In this document: positions 51,938-64,000 of the stretch, piece by piece
How positions within the stretch are numbered: position 1 is the stretch's first letter
Layout of the letters: every line of letters begins with the position of its first letter
Assembly: GCA_024704765.1 (NCBI GenBank)
Contig: JAKMXF010000358.1
Span: 62,001 to 126,000, forward strand
DNA from: Oopsacas minuta
Lineage: Eukaryota; Animalia; Porifera
Reading direction: 5' to 3'
DNA length: 64,000 nt
Position numbers and translations under genes: made by a program
Notes under the pieces: generated by a model
The model's input: only the letters and a program-made list of their open reading frames with translations
Database searches by the model: none
Told to the model about the DNA's origin: nothing

Positions 51938-53251
51938 ATGAGAAGATCAGAGCAAGCTAGAATAGCCTACCGTTTGTTAGGGGAGCATAGTTATTCAAGT
52001 AGTGCGAGGATTGGACGTAACTATCAAAGTGTAGCCTCCCAACATAAAGGTATTTCTGCAGTTAGCAATATAAGTTTAAATGAACATGAAGCATATATTC
52101 ATACACTAATTTTGCTGATGAAACTTCACTCACAGAGCATTGCCGAATCTGGAGTAGCAGGCGGAATATTTGCTGAATCTCTTAATGTTCTGACTTGTGA
52201 ACAACTAAGACTTGTAAAAACTAGTAATTCTGAGAATCATGAAATAATACAGAAGGCTACAATTAATTCCAAGTTAGAATATGACAAAAGTGTAGTTTCC
52301 TCCCAAACTGATTCTTTCCCTAATAATACAACTATTAACGCTGAGATCTATGAAATCGATGAAGAAAATTTGCACTCTAGCACTAGTAGTATGCTATCAA
52401 TTGATAGAATTGAATTTACTTACCCCATAAATGACTCAAATTCATTTCACACGGGTACGAATAAATTATCTTCTCTATCTGATGATCAGCTAAAATCTTT
52501 TAGCGATATTATTATACAGAATAATGAAGAAATACTCTCACTTTCAAAAACTGGAGAAACAACAGCATTCGAACAAACTTCTAAACCGATTTATGATCTC
52601 ATTTCTAACCATAATAAATCAAACCCAATTCGGGAAAGAATAACATCTCTGTTTAGAGACGAACTTATTTCAGAAACATCTGATGAGATCAGAACTCCCG
52701 ACAATAGTACAGACACCTATCTAATCAACTCTCAACAAAAAGTGTTCTCAGTTAATTATCAAAATCTATTTGAAGAAGTAAAAGCTCATAATCCTGAAAT
52801 GGAGGCTGATCAGTTGAGAATTGACTTAGAACAAATGTGGCCTGAGCTTGTGCACGAAGAGTTACAAATAAACCAAAATAAGGTAAATCAAGCTAAGAGG
52901 AAACTATCTGAGAATGAGTACAAGGAATTGCAGAAATGTTTGGATAAAACAAAGTACAAAGTTGCAAATCAATATGAAAGAATACTCAAAAAAGAACCAT
53001 TCAACAAAAAAGATGAGTTAATTCCAGAAAATACCACCCCATCTACAAAAAGGTTTAAATTCGATAAAGCAGAATCGTCCTCTAGTGTTCGATCAACCTC
53101 GAAATCAACAACAAATGATGAATGTCAGAATCTCAATTGCTCCAATAAGGCAGTTTATGATGAATTCAGAGGATTATATTACTGCTGCTCAGATTGCTGT
53201 ATCAAACATTGTAAGTATGTTTTCTCCCACTGGAATGAACAGAAAAAGTAA
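51938..53251 (+). CDS. TOX4: TOX4-like protein: divergent HMG-box-like region plus TOX4-type C-terminal Cys/His motif
   Basis: C-terminal CQNLNCSNK...YYCCSDCCIKHCKYVFSHW resembles TOX4 CVRSGCENPP...EYCSNECVVKHCRDVFLAW. FEEVKAHNPE...LEQMWPEL resembles an HMG box. Intact 437-aa ORF. Confidence 0.65.
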   Translation: MRRSEQARIAYRLLGEHSYSSSARIGRNYQSVASQHKGISAVSNISLNEHEAYIHTLILLMKLHSQSIAESGVAGGIFAESLNVLTCEQLRLVKTSNSENHEIIQKATINSKLEYDKSVVSSQTDSFPNNTTINAEIYEIDEENLHSSTSSMLSIDRIEFTYPINDSNSFHTGTNKLSSLSDDQLKSFSDIIIQNNEEILSLSKTGETTAFEQTSKPIYDLISNHNKSNPIRERITSLFRDELISETSDEIRTPDNSTDTYLINSQQKVFSVNYQNLFEEVKAHNPEMEADQLRIDLEQMWPELVHEELQINQNKVNQAKRKLSENEYKELQKCLDKTKYKVANQYERILKKEPFNKKDELIPENTTPSTKRFKFDKAESSSSVRSTSKSTTNDECQNLNCSNKAVYDEFRGLYYCCSDCCIKHCKYVFSHWNEQKK

Positions 53252-53546
53252 TGATTGTTTGAATCTATATCAATTGGAATTTCATTTGTTGTGTATCTAC
53301 TGTTTCTATTTGCATTTCTTAACTCAAGTAATAAGACACTGAAGCTGTGAATGGAGGGTAAATTCTTTTCTCCTATTATAAAATAATTACAAACAGTCTA
53401 ATTTACTAACTATACATGCTTTGTTAAACGTATATAATTCAACATAGTTATGATAAGACCTTTGTATAAACTTGATCATAACTTACTCAACGTGCATGTT
53501 AAACCTACCAGTAACAGTACAGGAGATGTGAGAGTGTTTGATAGTA

Positions 53547-54040
53547 CAGGCGAAATCGGGTCTATTTGCTTTCAAAATGCACGAAAAAAGAGGAAAAAAC
53601 CCGGTAGGCAATATAACCCGTTCCAACTACGAAAGCATTATTTGCGTAGAAGGTGAAATTCTTAGTCTTATGTTATCGAATTAATCAATGCTGTACAGAG
53701 ACTACATATAATAATAATTTAAGTATACAAATAAACATTTATCAATAATTAATCATTTTGGCTAATGAAAATTGCAACCTAAATCAGGAATATTTGATCA
53801 CTTGACACATGGAAGAGGGAAAGAAACGGAGAGACAAATATCCCAAAAGAAACTGCATTAACACTGCCCATTTTTACATGATTGAGGTAACAAAAAACCC
53901 GATACCCAAAAAGATCCGGAGCAAATATACCCAATTAGTTTTATATATGAATAGCATTGGGGAGAAACAAAGAATTGCAACGAGGCAAAATAATCCAGGG
54001 AGACAAAAATTCCCGGCGGATAAAACCCCGATTTCGACTG
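53547..54040. mobile_element. TA-flanked MITE
   Basis: TA|CAGGCGAAATCGGG ... CCCGATTTCGACTG|TA. Confidence 0.65.
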
Positions 54041-55549
54041 TATAGTCAGCATTTTTCGGAAATTAAATCAAACCTATGAGCCAACACACGGAATTGCAGA
54101 TATCTCTCTCTAAATTTCATAAGAGTCGGTCTCTGCTTCTAACCTTGGTGGGTTTAGGCCCCCCAGTACCCAAAAATTGGCGCCTATGACAGTCAGGGTC
54201 GCTTATTGTGAACCTCCATCGAACACAAACTCTTCTTCAGATATAGGGAATCCATATTATGAGAATTTTTTACTGCTAATCTTATATAAATTCCTTTATT
54301 GCGGCCACTGGCTTGGTTCATAATAAGAGAATGTTCATTATTTTCGAGGTCATAAACAGCGGTCCTGGTTGTATTTAAATGTTGTTTCTCTATTGTAAAA
54401 TAAGTGAAGTCTTTCTCTGAAGTATATACCCTATACAGCATTTGTACAAGTACTGAATAACATATTTTCAATTGATGAGTTCAAAACATTTCAATCCATG
54501 CATGCAAACTCAAATTAAATATTTTTTGAAAAATGTTTAATAATTGGAGAAATATGCCCCCTTGTTTTGATTAATATTTCTTTACACTCCTCGTTTATCT
54601 GACACCATTGGCGCCAAGTTTAGGAAACAAAATCCAACCTTGGAGCGAATTCACTGCTATATTTATGTAAAACTCACATAAATACAGTCTTCTTCTCTAA
54701 ACTTGGGGATCCAGACTTCAGAACCCGTGTACCCAAACATGGCGACTATGTCCTACACACTGGTTCATGGTGTTCCGAACAGCAGGAAGGACATTTGGTC
54801 TGTAAAGATTGTTAATATTTCCTAAAGAAGGAGCTTCAGATCTTTAGCACTAGATTTCGGCGAAGTGGTCATTTTAAGCCAATATTGGTATAAATATCCA
54901 GTCAAATAATCACAATCCCAATATTCTCATTTTCGTATATAGCCGAGCACTGTAGGGTTGCCGTGGAAATGTAATTTTGATTCCCATTCCCACAGAATTC
55001 CCAAAGCATCTCATAGGATCTAGGATTTTCCACAGGCTTCCAATAGGAAAATACTATTCACATTCCCATCTCATTCTCATCCCCACGGGACCGGTGAGTA
55101 TTGAACTTCTAAATATACAAAAGGTCTTTTCAAATTTTCAATTCAGTGTACACGTTACGGGCAGTATGAGAAATTGAGCATTATGCAAAAATGCTACTTT
55201 CTTAGTCAATATGCATAATGTCCAGGCAATATGCATAATGCTACTCTTATTGGACAATATACGATTTACAATTATCCATACGCAATATACAATTTTCTTA
55301 TCTTGTTATCAGTAATTTTTATAAAATACTTTCGTCAGATTAACAAACTTTTATTCAATAATGAGGTTTAATCATATCTATGTTAATAATGTTATGGATG
55401 ATACATAAACTTGAAAATTAATCATAAATAATTGGGGATATCTTTCCCAAATAAGTTTTGGCTAGTTATTCTCCTATAAATACTCAGCTACTTGGCTTAC
55501 GTTTATTCTTTGCTAATAGCACTATGAGGTCTCTATTTTCACAACTCTA

Positions 55550-56566
55550 CTTATTATTGCAGCTTTGGTTGTTATGACACCTACTGTGACATAGTCGATT
55601 TGAACGATAACACTTGCACGTAGTACGAAGAGATGATTTCTTACAAGAGCAATGAAACATCCCTGACCTGTCCCAACTGGTTTATTGCGTGCTACTGTCG
55701 CAAAGAAATCTCTTTTCCTGTTTGGACATCATTTATGTCCAAGAATTTATCCAGGCATGGAGTAAATTGATTTCTGGTGTAATGCGAATTCAATTGGCCG
55801 TATTTTGTACCTAGCTTGTAGGTACCAGTATGCTCGACTGCCACAACAACTGCTTTAATGTTTCGAAAGTCACCTTTACCTCGATCTACGTCGGGTAAAG
55901 GGACCATTACTGTATCCCCAATATTTGCTTGTTTGAATTGTTTTCTAGATTGCTCGAACATTTTATCAGCCTGCACTCCTTGTATTCTTTTCGCTCCTTT
56001 TCGCTGCTGCGTAATTTGATTCCCTTGATGACATAGTCTGCATAATACAGCTGAACCAAATCCTTCTTCTTCACTTCCATTGTTTACAGAACATAGTGGT
56101 ATAGCATGGCAAAAAAGCCCACAAGACATACAAGTGTGCGCTCCACTGGATATTTGTTGACATGATACACAATTATAGTTTGTTATTTCAGATTGTTGAG
56201 TGATTGATGCCGTGTCTGAGGCTATATCGTCTTGTCCTAAAATCTGTTGCTTCGAATATTCTTCTTCTGAGTTCAAAATTTCTTCTAATTGCTCTTCAGT
56301 CTCTAGAATAGAAGCTGCATCGATTGTGAGGTTGGTTGAAACTACTCCTAGTTGTGGTCTTATCCCAAAACCAGCTTCATAAGGAGTCCTTCTAATTCCT
56401 AAGATAGTCCAAATATAAATGCATAAATACTATTTTATTGTACATTTTTGTTATAATTATTGATCTTAAAAATAAAATAATACCTGTATGTAGTCTTGTG
56501 TTAATTTTCCATTGGACGAATCTAAGTCCTTCTGACCATTTGGTTGAATTTTCGTTGCAAAAGGAC
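55550..56566 (-). pseudogene. 3' part of a KRBA2/Ginger2-like integrase-type transposase with an 85-nt intron (56483-56399)
   Basis: Spliced reading KWSEGLRFVQWKINTRLHT|GIRRTPYEAGFG, then IGDTVMVPLPDVDRGKGD...YKLGTKYGQL and a frameshifted C-terminal CxC-rich tail (CSCKK...CKC...CHSRCH). 5' end truncated. Confidence 0.75.
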
Positions 56567-57626
56567 GTAGAGCATTTATCTACAGGACGATAAATCGATA
56601 TAAGGAAACTGGGGACACTGTAGACAAGCCGAGATCTGGTCGTCCATGCTCTGTAACGACCTCAGCTCTCAAGAAAGTGGTGCGAGAACGGATTCGGCGG
56701 AACCCACACCGTTCGATGAGGAAAATGGCCTTGGAGCTCAATATATCTCGCCGAGCAATACAAAAGGTTGTAAAAAGGGACCTAGGAATGCGCTCTTTTA
56801 AACGCAAAAAGGTACAATTCCTATCTGGGTCGGTGAAAGAAAAGAGAGTGTCCCGGAGCAAGAGCCTACTTGCTCTACACGCTATTGGAGTTCTCGAAAA
56901 TACCATTTTCTCAGATGAGAAAATTTTCACCATTGAAGAGGCTACAAATAGCCAAAACGACAGAGTCATCTCGACCTCAGTTTCAGCGATCCCTGATAAG
57001 TTCAGATATATCAGTCGGATGAAGAAACCACTGTCGGTGATGGTTTTGGCTGGGGTCTCTGCTGTTGGTCGAACACCACTGATTTTCATCCCCCCAGGAG
57101 TGAAAATCAATGCCAAAACATACCAAGAGCTTGTATTAGAGCCTGTGGTAAAAGGTCTGAGCCAGACCATGTTTTCTGGACAGCAATTTGTCTTCCAACA
57201 AGATGGTGCTCCCGCCCATACGGCCAATACGACCCAAGATTGGCTGAAGCACAATATTCCCAATTTTATACATAAGGATGAATGGCCACCATACAGTCCT
57301 GATTTAAATCCCATGGACTATTCTGTATCTTCTATCTTGGAAAACAAGGCTTGTTCTGTGTCACACAACACAGTTAGCTCTCTAAAGATTTCCTTGTGTC
57401 GAGAATGGGAGAAGATACCCCAAGAAACTCTGCGTGCCGCAGTAGAAGGATTCCCGAACAGACTCAGGGCTGTCATTTCCAAAAAGGGTGGTTATATTGA
57501 ATAAATGACTAGGCAATCTCTTCCTAATAGTATGTAGTAATTATATATAGAGAATCAATAATGTAGGTCATGCTGAATAAATATTATAGACAAAATGGTT
57601 TGTATCAGAACTTTGGAGCGACCCTG
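56565..57626 (+). mobile_element. 5'-truncated Tc1/mariner element of the maT (DD37D) type
   Basis: Open frame ~56548-57504 with YRTINRY...RSGRP, FSDEK and FQQDGAPAH-(37 aa from D)-SPDLNPMD. 3' TIR ...CAGAACTTTGGAGCGACCCTG|TA. No 5' TIR or start. Confidence 0.88.
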
Positions 57627-57930
57627 TATAATTAGTGGCTATATAGCTATATTTTCGAATATATTGTACCATAGCATTCTATATACTAAGGCAATGGCAC
57701 TCTATCGAAATTTTGGACCATGGATTGTCACTACCATCGGACTACTTTACATCATAACTTTTGTATTTCTTAATATATCAAAGTGATTTTAACATTTATG
57801 TGTATCCAACAACTGCTTACTCCTTAGAACATATTTTGGTATAATTTTGCCTGATTTATAAAACTTCAGTTTTGCACATGTTTGAGTATCCAATTCAGTC
57901 GTATTGTTCGCGCGAATTAATCGCCTATAG

Positions 57931-60900
57931 TAGGCCGGATCGAGAAAAGTATAAATCGTCGGTTCAACTTCTACCTAAGGGAAAAGTTGCCTTTACCATT
58001 TTCTAGGAAAATGCGAGACTTAAATTTGAAAAATATTTCGATTTGACCCTTGCGGTTTTATATTTTTGCTGTGTCACTTTCGCAAAATTGATTTTATATT
58101 GTCCGAATTTTCAAATTCCTTTGACTTAGCCCCTTTATATATATTATTTGGTAATAGTAAGTCGCATATTTGCTATTGAATGGTATATTAATCGAATTTC
58201 TATGTCCAAGGATACTCAAGTTATCAAGATTTTTTTTGCATATTCTATCATACCCTAATATTATTACCCACCCCCTTTTTTTCCGATTATTTGAAAATTC
58301 TATATTCTTAGTAAAATTTTTATATAATCACCAAACTTAGTATATTTCTTTATCAGATCCAAATTCCTCAATAGGTTACCACAAAGAAATTTTACCAACA
58401 TTCCTTATCTCTTGTTCTAACTTAGTTACCATTTATCTAGCATGGAATTTATGGTCAATTATAGTATCTATATCAATGCTCGATCAAATCATTCATATTA
58501 TTGAGTGATTATATTCCTAAAATATATTTATTTTTGAAATGGCAGAAAACACGCGTAGTAAAGTATTTCATCCTATTTTTGGCTATCCAGGACCCATTCC
58601 AGAAAATCAACTTCCAACAAAACTAGATCTATACAATCATTATAGAATGCTTAGAAATGAAGATTCTAAATCAACTAGAGATGATATAGCGAAAGAACTA
58701 ACTGAAGTATTAGTGCGTATCTATAATTTGGCTTCCATACCCACTATATCAGAGCTCAAAATAAAACAGTACATCAATTCTGATATTATTGAGAAAGCTA
58801 AATACTACGGAAAAAGTATCCAAAACAAACAACAACCTGACCGTATACAGCCTATTATTTCCGAATTCAATGTCTTGTTCGATGTCTCAAGTTGCAAATG
58901 CCTAATTCAGGAAGGTAAATGTTTTTGCTCTCTTGATAAAAAGATACCACGCCGTGAGTGGCCATTTCTCTTTGATCAGCGAAACGCTCGAAAATTATTT
59001 ATATCCAGCTTGGATTGCATGACAACCTCTAAAAATTTTGTTAAACAAAAAAGAAAAGAGGCACAATATGAAAGAGAAAAAAGGGAAATGAAGAGATTAC
59101 ATGCAGTTCAACCTTCGCAAGAATTTATAGAATGTGACTTTGAAGAGTTTGAATCTTTTGACTCGAGTACATCTAATACTCACAAGTATACACGTAATCA
59201 TAATCAATTACGAAATTTAGCCATAATGTGTGATAGATATCAAATTAGCGATCGGGCAGGCGCAGCTATAGCTAACGCAGTACTGCAGGATTACGGTATT
59301 ATCACACCGGAAGAAGATAGTCAAATTATTGATAGAAACAAACTCCGTAGATCTAGATTCTCTGTGAGAAAGGAATTGGCTAATGAGGCTCACGAAACTA
59401 TCAATGATATATCTGCAATATATTTTGATGGCCGTAAAGATCAAACTCGAGTACTGGTAGAAAGAGAAGATGGACATTTGCAACAGGATACTGCAAATGA
59501 AGAACATTATACTGTCTTATCTGAACCGGGGAATCAGTATGTTGCCCATATAACACCAAGTTCTGGTAAAGCCAAAGATATAGCAAAGGAATTGACTGAT
59601 CTTTGCAGGGAGCGTAATTCAAATTTAATGGCGGTTGGAGCTGATGGAGCTCGTGTTAACACTGGAATCTACAATGGGTGTATTAGATTACTTGAACTAG
59701 AGTTCACAAAACCACTCCACTGGTTTATTTGCCAATTACATGGTAATGAACTTCCATTGAGGCATCTCTTTCAAATAATAGATGGAAAAACCAGTGGACC
59801 GAATTCTTTTAAAGGAGTAATTGGTAAAGAACTTAATTGTGATTTTACTTGCAAACCAATTGCAGCGTATCATCCTTTATGCGGTAAAACTCAACTTATT
59901 GATTGCGATATTCTCAAGAATTTAAATAAAGATCAGAAATATCTATATAATATCTGCCATGCAGTTCAGACTGGTATTTGCTCATCTGAACTGGCATCGA
60001 TGCAACCTGGTCCTTTAATAATGCTAGATGGACAACACTGGCCAACAGATTACTTAGGTCGTACATTTCTACGATACATCCCACACCTGAATTATCCCGA
60101 CTTGTCAATTTTATCGTCAATTATTATGCACCAGTTTGGTTTAGAATCAAGAGTAACCCGATTTGCACAGATGGACCTAAAAATATGTTTTTTGCGATAT
60201 CTTTGCTACGAGATCTACCGGAGTCTGACCAAGAAGTAATTTGCGATGTGATACAGAGAAACTCATATTTTTGTCATCCAGAAAATCTCTTGTTATCGAT
60301 GCTTGCAGATAATGATGAACAAATTAGACAAAAGGCAGTGAAGACTATTTTAGATATCCGAATTAACAGTTCATCATTTAGACCGATTGAAATTCGCCCA
60401 TTTAATCTTCCTTCAATTAGGTTCACTGCTGAAACATATATGGATATGATTGATTGGGAAACCTCTTTTATCACAGAACCGCCTTTTACAAGATACCTCT
60501 CAAAAGAAGTACTAATTAATTGTGTACGTACTCCACTAGAAATTCCAGCATATCCATGTCATACACAAGCTGTTGAAAGAACTATTCAATTAGTCACTAA
60601 AAGTTCGTGTTCAGTAACAGGAGAAGATGCGAGACATGGATTAATTCTTTCAACCCTAACATCAAGAGAAAAAATGCCCGCATTTGAGTCAAAGAAAGAT
60701 TATGCATGTTAAATATACTTGATATAACATAATTGAATCATTTACCACGATAGATAAAAAAGCTAATAATTTTCAAATAATCGGAAAAAAAGGGGGGTGG
60801 GTAATAATATTAGGGTATGATAGAATATGCAAAAAAAATCTTGATAACTTGAGTATCCTTGGACATAGAAATTCGATTAATATACCATTCAATAGCAAAT

Positions 60901-61137
60901 ATGCGACTTACTATTACCAAATAATATATATAAAGGGGCTAAGTCAAAGGAATTTGAAAATTCGGACAATATAAAATCAATTTTGCGAAAGTGACACAGC
61001 AAAAATATAAAACCGCAAGGGTCAAATCGAAATATTTTTCAAATTTAAGTCTCGCATTTTCCTAGAAAATGGTAGAGGAAACTTTTCCCTTAGATAGAAG
61101 TTGAACCGACGATTTATACTTTTCTTGTTCCGGCCTA
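57931..61137 (+). mobile_element. Near-complete hAT-superfamily (hATm/hATx-like) transposon, 3,207 bp, ~370-bp TIRs
   Basis: TIRs at 57931-58299 and 60768-61137, starting TAGGCCGG. Perfect 8-bp TSD GCCTATAG at 57923-57930 and 61138-61145. Confidence 0.92.
58539..60712 (+). pseudogene. hATm/hATx-like transposase, one frameshift at ~60014-60020
   Basis: YFDGRKDQT, GADGARVNTG and WFICQLHGNELPLRHLF. PGPL continues in the other frame as NARWTTLANRLLRSY...YFCHPENLL...PCHTQAVERTIQLVT. Confidence 0.85.
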
Positions 61138-61390
61138 GCCTATAGTGCTCTAAGAATATGTATAATTCATTATGAGGATAGAGATCTTATGTAGCAACAT
61201 GCAAACTATGTATTAGCGTCAATACTTGTGATTACTTTTGAAATTTTGTGTCTTAAACGTCTTAATATGAAAAATGTTTTACCCACCCATAAATTTTGTA
61301 TTCAATGTTGATAATATATAATAATTATTGTAAATATTTTCGTTTCTTCCAATTACTGCAATATTTGTACCGCATCATCACATATTCAAC

Positions 61391-61547
61391 ATGACATGCC
61401 TAGTACCTGGTTGTAAGTCGAATTATCACAGTCAAGGTGATTCATATGTGCCTACTTTTTCCTTTCCTACTGATGTTGAAACTCGTGAAAAGTGGTTTCG
61501 AGCGATCCCTCGACCGAAAGGAGACTATGAGGAGAATAAACGATTTT
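61391..61547 (+). CDS. N-terminal THAP zinc-finger fragment, cut by the gap
   Basis: MTCLVPGCKSNY...FSFPTDVETREKWFRAIPR fits the THAP C2CH start (CxVPGC, FP, W). Confidence 0.7.
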
Positions 61548-61836
61548 NNNNNNNNNNNNNNNNNNNNNNNNNNNNNNNNNNNNNNNNNNNNNNNNNNNNN
61601 NNNNNNNNNNNNNNNNNNNNNNNNNNNNNNNNNNNNNNNNNNNNNNNNNNNNNNNNNNNNNNNNNNNNNNNNNNNNNNNNNNNNNNNNNNNNNNNNNNNN
61701 NNNNNNNNNNNNNNNNNNNNNNNNNNNNNNNNNNNNNNNNNNNNNNNNNNNNNNNNNNNNNNNNNNNNNNNNNNNNNNNNNNNNNNNNNNNNNNNNNNNN
61801 NNNNNNNNNNNNNNNNNNNNNNNNNNNNNNNNNNNN
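61548..61836. other. Assembly gap (289 N)
   Basis: Run of N read directly. Confidence 1.
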
Positions 61837-62210
61837 GACCATATTTTAGCACTTGATCTCTTATTCCGACAACAGAACTTGGTAGTGATTGTCCTAGTGC
61901 AGCAAGAGATTTTCTCAAGTCCATTGATGTAGTATATATATTAAATGAAAGCCCATCGCAAGCTGTCATCCTGGCTAAAACAGCTGGTAGGCTAGCGTCG
62001 TTCATGTAATAATCTAATTTCCTAACCGCACAAGTATTTGAGATAGCACTTTCTTCATTATTTGAGCGTTTCAATAAATCAATTTGGTGCTGTGATTTAA
62101 GATGATTGTGTAGCCCCTTTGTTGATCCCCCTTCGCATTTAAGTACCTTTTTACAGAATTACACTGAGCTACTTTCCCACATACCAAGCGCTTAAAATGG
62201 TTCCAAATTT
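61837..62210 (-). pseudogene. BED-finger hAT transposase N-terminal fragment
   Basis: WNHFKR...C...CKKVLKCEGGSTKGLHNHLKSQH (BED finger, frameshifted), then LARMTACDGLSFN...DLRKSL. Confidence 0.7.
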
Positions 62211-64000
62211 TGGATCCTGCAAGCTCTTGAAACATAACTTTTCCAGCCATTCAAGGTACGATATAACGACAATGCAACAAATACGATTTAGAATGAAATT
62301 GAGGCTTTTCGGACGATTGACCTTATATTTGAAGTTTGAATGGCTAGAATGGTTGAGTGGTACCTTACAAGTTTGCTTGAATTCTCTGACTTGTTAAGCA
62401 TTTATTAATTTTGGTGTCTTATTCATTTGAAAACATATTTCATTCAATATTAACAATACGAAACTAATTAAATCACTAAATCATTTCAACGCAATTATAC
62501 AAATGTACATAATGATCATAGAGCATGTCAATATGCAATCAAGAAGATATCCCGGGATTGAAGAAACAATCTCGGGAATTAGTCCTGAAACAATAACTTT
62601 CGGGATCCCGGGATTAAAAACATTATCTGGTACTTGCGAACACCCTATTCATAATCTTATGTCCTCCCCTTGAATGCCCACTCCTATGATGTTCCTTTGG
62701 TGATCGTTGTAGAGAACTCATCATTTTACATTCGGGAAACTTAGGTTACACCTTCAAACAAAATTCCTGAATAATGATTCAGGACAATAAACATGCGCGC
62801 TATTTTTGTAACTTTGAATTAGTGTTTATCATAGTATTGTTGCTCTTGAAAATGAATTTTTCTGGTACGGTACCCTCAGGACTGGGGTTGGTTAACCGAA
62901 TTCAGGCGGCGGTTAAAGCCATTTCAATAATAGCGGTTGACTGGTTAACTGCTGGAATTATTCTTTGATATGATCCATGCTGTTTGGTGACAATAATTGT
63001 AAACACCAATGCATTGCTGTTATATATGCATTCGTGATGCGATTATATCATCCAAAACGATTGAAATTGAGAATACGGACCAAAAATGTAACATTTAAAA
63101 ACACCGAACTAGCAAAATTCGTGTGTATAAATTTCGTACCTCTAAAACCCTTAGGAACACTCAATATATTGACAGGGTTGCCGTTGGGGATTCACATGGA
63201 ATGGGAATTCTGTTCTTTCTGCGGCAATTTCGATATTAAAATCTCATTTGTGCGCGAAATGTGAGATATATCAGGTATAATCCCCATGTTCTTAGTATAT
63301 TAGGCAGGGCTCTCAAGTGTCAGCCTGAAAATTCTTGAAATTGGGAGACGATAAATCTCATGATTCTCTCGTGAGATGTACTAGTTGGTATTAGTTTTCG
63401 ATGAAATGATAAAATGAATCTCTAGTCAATATTGACCCAATATCGTGGTAGTTGAGACAGTGTCATAGTTGAGAGCCCAGCATTAGGATGCGCGAAATTC
63501 ATCATACTTAGTTTGCGGGATTCCTAACTGAAGGCAGAAACACTGGATTGACATATGGAAAACCTTCGGAAAAACCCATGGGAATTCCCACAGAAACCCT
63601 GTTTGAATCGGATAGGAATAGCAATTGAAATTTTTGTCTATTGGATATTTTATATTATGGACATCTCGAATATTGTTTATTTGCTCTAAATATTAATAAT
63701 ACATGCTCACTCAGGTGAAATCAATCGATGTATTATCGTAATATGGAGGAAGAAAAATTAGGTTGATGCAGTATTCTTAATAATAATTGAAGCAGAATAA
63801 TAGAATATGAAAATAATGAATGAATATAATACGTCATCGGCGTAGGCAACGGTAGGGTTGGTAGGACTATTGCCCTACCAATAATTTTGCTCTCTCCATG
63901 GGACTAATAGAAAAGCATTGCTGGCCCTACCAATACTGTCATCATGACTCCAAGGCCCTACCAATCCACATCCCGAGTCTACACCCCTGTACGTTGTTAA

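Noticed and set aside
54194-54203. CAGGGTCGCT as the missing 5' TIR of the maT element
   Set aside because: Only 10 bp match, the sequence then diverges from the 3' TIR, and it is not preceded by TA.
61437-62074. ORF-track entries spanning the N run
   Set aside because: They are artefacts of translating through the gap. Only the flanking THAP and BED-hAT pieces are supported.

Overview
AT-rich eukaryotic (animal-like) genomic window with short, mostly intron-free host genes: RAD51, SRA1, COX18, a GIGYF1/2 homolog and a TOX4-like gene. The compact gene structure suggests an early-branching animal such as a sponge; that is inference only. The genes sit in a dense field of DNA-transposon remnants and fold-back MITEs (hAT, MULE, mariner, maT, Ginger/KRBA2-like, Tigger-like). 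The standout is a structurally complete 3,111-bp RAG1-like/Transib transposon at 7028-10138. Both ends start with the exact V(D)J RSS heptamer CACAGTG, it has a perfect 5-bp TSD (GATGT), and its bipartite TIRs are asymmetric: heptamer to GAAATAGG distance is 12 bp on the left and 21 bp on the right. It encodes a RAG1-core-like transposase (NBD-like region, D/D/E, Zn ligands) broken by a single 1-nt frameshift, and there is no RAG2-like gene. Other near-complete elements are a 3.2-kb hAT-type element (370-bp TIRs, 8-bp TSD, one frameshift) and a 2.2-kb element with ~360-bp TIRs and a 9-bp TSD. An assembly gap lies at 61548-61836. All calls come from reading the sequence and recalling family motifs; no searches were run.
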